Positions 63,099-64,000 of a stretch of 64,000 bases of DNA are shown piece after piece. The notes beneath the pieces were generated by a model that saw nothing but the letters and a program-made list of their open reading frames with translations, was not told the origin of the DNA and ran no database searches. The stretch is from Bacteroidota bacterium (GTDB taxonomy: Bacteria > Bacteroidota > Bacteroidia > AKYH767-A > OLB10): positions 449,000 to 512,999 of the forward strand of contig JADJPB010000001.1 of the NCBI GenBank assembly GCA_016713445.1. Reading direction: 5' to 3'. Every line of letters begins with the position of its first letter. Within the stretch, counting starts at the first letter, position 1. Position numbers and translations under genes: made by a program.

Positions 63099-63309
63099 AT
63101 TTGTAAGATTTCGTTAGAGATTCAATTTATTTTTTTTGTAATAGTGCTGAAATTAAATCATTTACAATTATTTTCTCCTGATTAATTTCAAATTCCCATA
63201 GAATGGTTTCGCTATAAATCCACCAAAAGATTCATGAGAATTAGCAATAAATTGTAACCGCTGCTCTGAATAAAGCGTATAGAAGGAGCGAAATTAATTC
63301 TAGCGGAAA

Positions 63310-64000
63310 ATGAAAAATACATTTGTAGCCTTGACCTTGTTGTTGTCAATAATATGTACATCGAATGAGATCGTAAAAGCGGGTGGTCAATCAGAACATT
63401 CAAGAGCGAAAACAGCCGAAAAATATTTCTTGGCGAAACAGTATGAAAAAGCTTCGCCTCTTTATGCTCAACTGGTGAGTAGCAATCCCAAAAAATTATA
63501 AATACAATTACTATTATGGTATATGTATATTAATTGCTGGAAAGGATAAGAAAGAAGCGATTCCTTATTTAGAGATGGCAATTCAAAATCCAAAGACACC
63601 CGAAGATATCTATTATTATATGGGTCGTGCTATGCATTATACGTATCGCTTTGATGAAGCCAATCAGTTATTTGTTGAATTTAACAAAATCATTGGTGTT
63701 AAAAACGCAGGTCGTTGGGGAACCCCACAACTTATGGAAATGTGTAATAATGGGAAGCAGTATTTAGATACCACTAAATTGACATCAATTAAAGAGCGTA
63801 CGGAAAGTGCGGCTTATGACTTTTACAATAAATACATGTTTGATAATCCTAATGGTAAATTATTAAGCATGCCTGATGAAATCATTAAATCTGCTAAAGC
63901 AAGTAAAGATGATGGTCCTACTATTTTCTTGAGTGCAAATGGAAGAGTAATGTACTACAGTGCAACCCATGAAGCCACGGCTAGCCGTGATATTTTCCGT
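63310..64000 (+). pseudogene. signal-peptide protein with TPR-like N-terminal region; frameshifted near 63495, with the 3' end outside the window
   Basis: The signal peptide is MKNTFVALTLLLSIICTSNE... After the frameshift the next frame continues ..NYKYNYYYGICILIAGKDKKEAIPYLEMAIQ.. to the window end. I could not place it in a family. Confidence 0.4.

Noticed and set aside
1-64000. Massive pseudogenisation or reductive genome evolution
   Set aside because: Essential single-copy genes (gyrA, recF, lpxB) are affected. Each fragment retains fully conserved sequence with no substitution decay. The inspected breaks sit at homopolymers. This pattern fits indel errors, not long-term gene decay.

Overview
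This looks like a Bacteroidota chromosomal window. The pointers are a T9SS C-terminal sorting domain, a flavobacterial-type GyrA N-terminus and the surE-lpxB arrangement. About 55 genes are present and I found no rRNA, tRNA or CRISPR array. Core genes: fabI (3' end), clpC, gyrA, lpxB, surE, hsp20, pcm, recF, pntAA/pntAB/pntB, selD plus selU(mnmH), yqgE, pdxH, ftcD-hutG-hutI, prmA, plsY. Between about 8.2 and 24.3 kb lies a visibly more AT-rich accessory/defence island with no integrase. It carries a Zn-ribbon protein, ssb, an orphan HigA-like HTH, hipBA, a Gp49/HigB-like toxin with its HigA antitoxin, and a tightly coupled operon hsdM-hsdS-darT-darG-hsdR-(SRA-HNH type IV nuclease). It also holds a class II Fic protein with an unassigned C-terminal domain and a PD-(D/E)xK-like orphan, and a class D beta-lactamase sits at its edge. 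Two window-wide properties stand out. (1) Roughly 40 frameshifts disrupt many genes, including essential ones (gyrA, recF, lpxB). The four junctions I inspected fall in A/T runs, so they are most likely sequencing/assembly indels rather than real pseudogenes. (2) Most intergenic regions are filled with short 'word' repeats, often 7-nt periodic. Many form long inverted-repeat hairpins that start exactly at stop codons. One such hairpin cassette carries a 23S-rRNA-IVS-type four-helix-bundle gene and splits the pnt operon, and two ORF-less elements built from a different word family sit at convergent gene ends. Coordinates of frameshifted genes are merged spans of the ORF-track fragments. Function calls rest on motifs read by eye and on memory of the families, not on searches.
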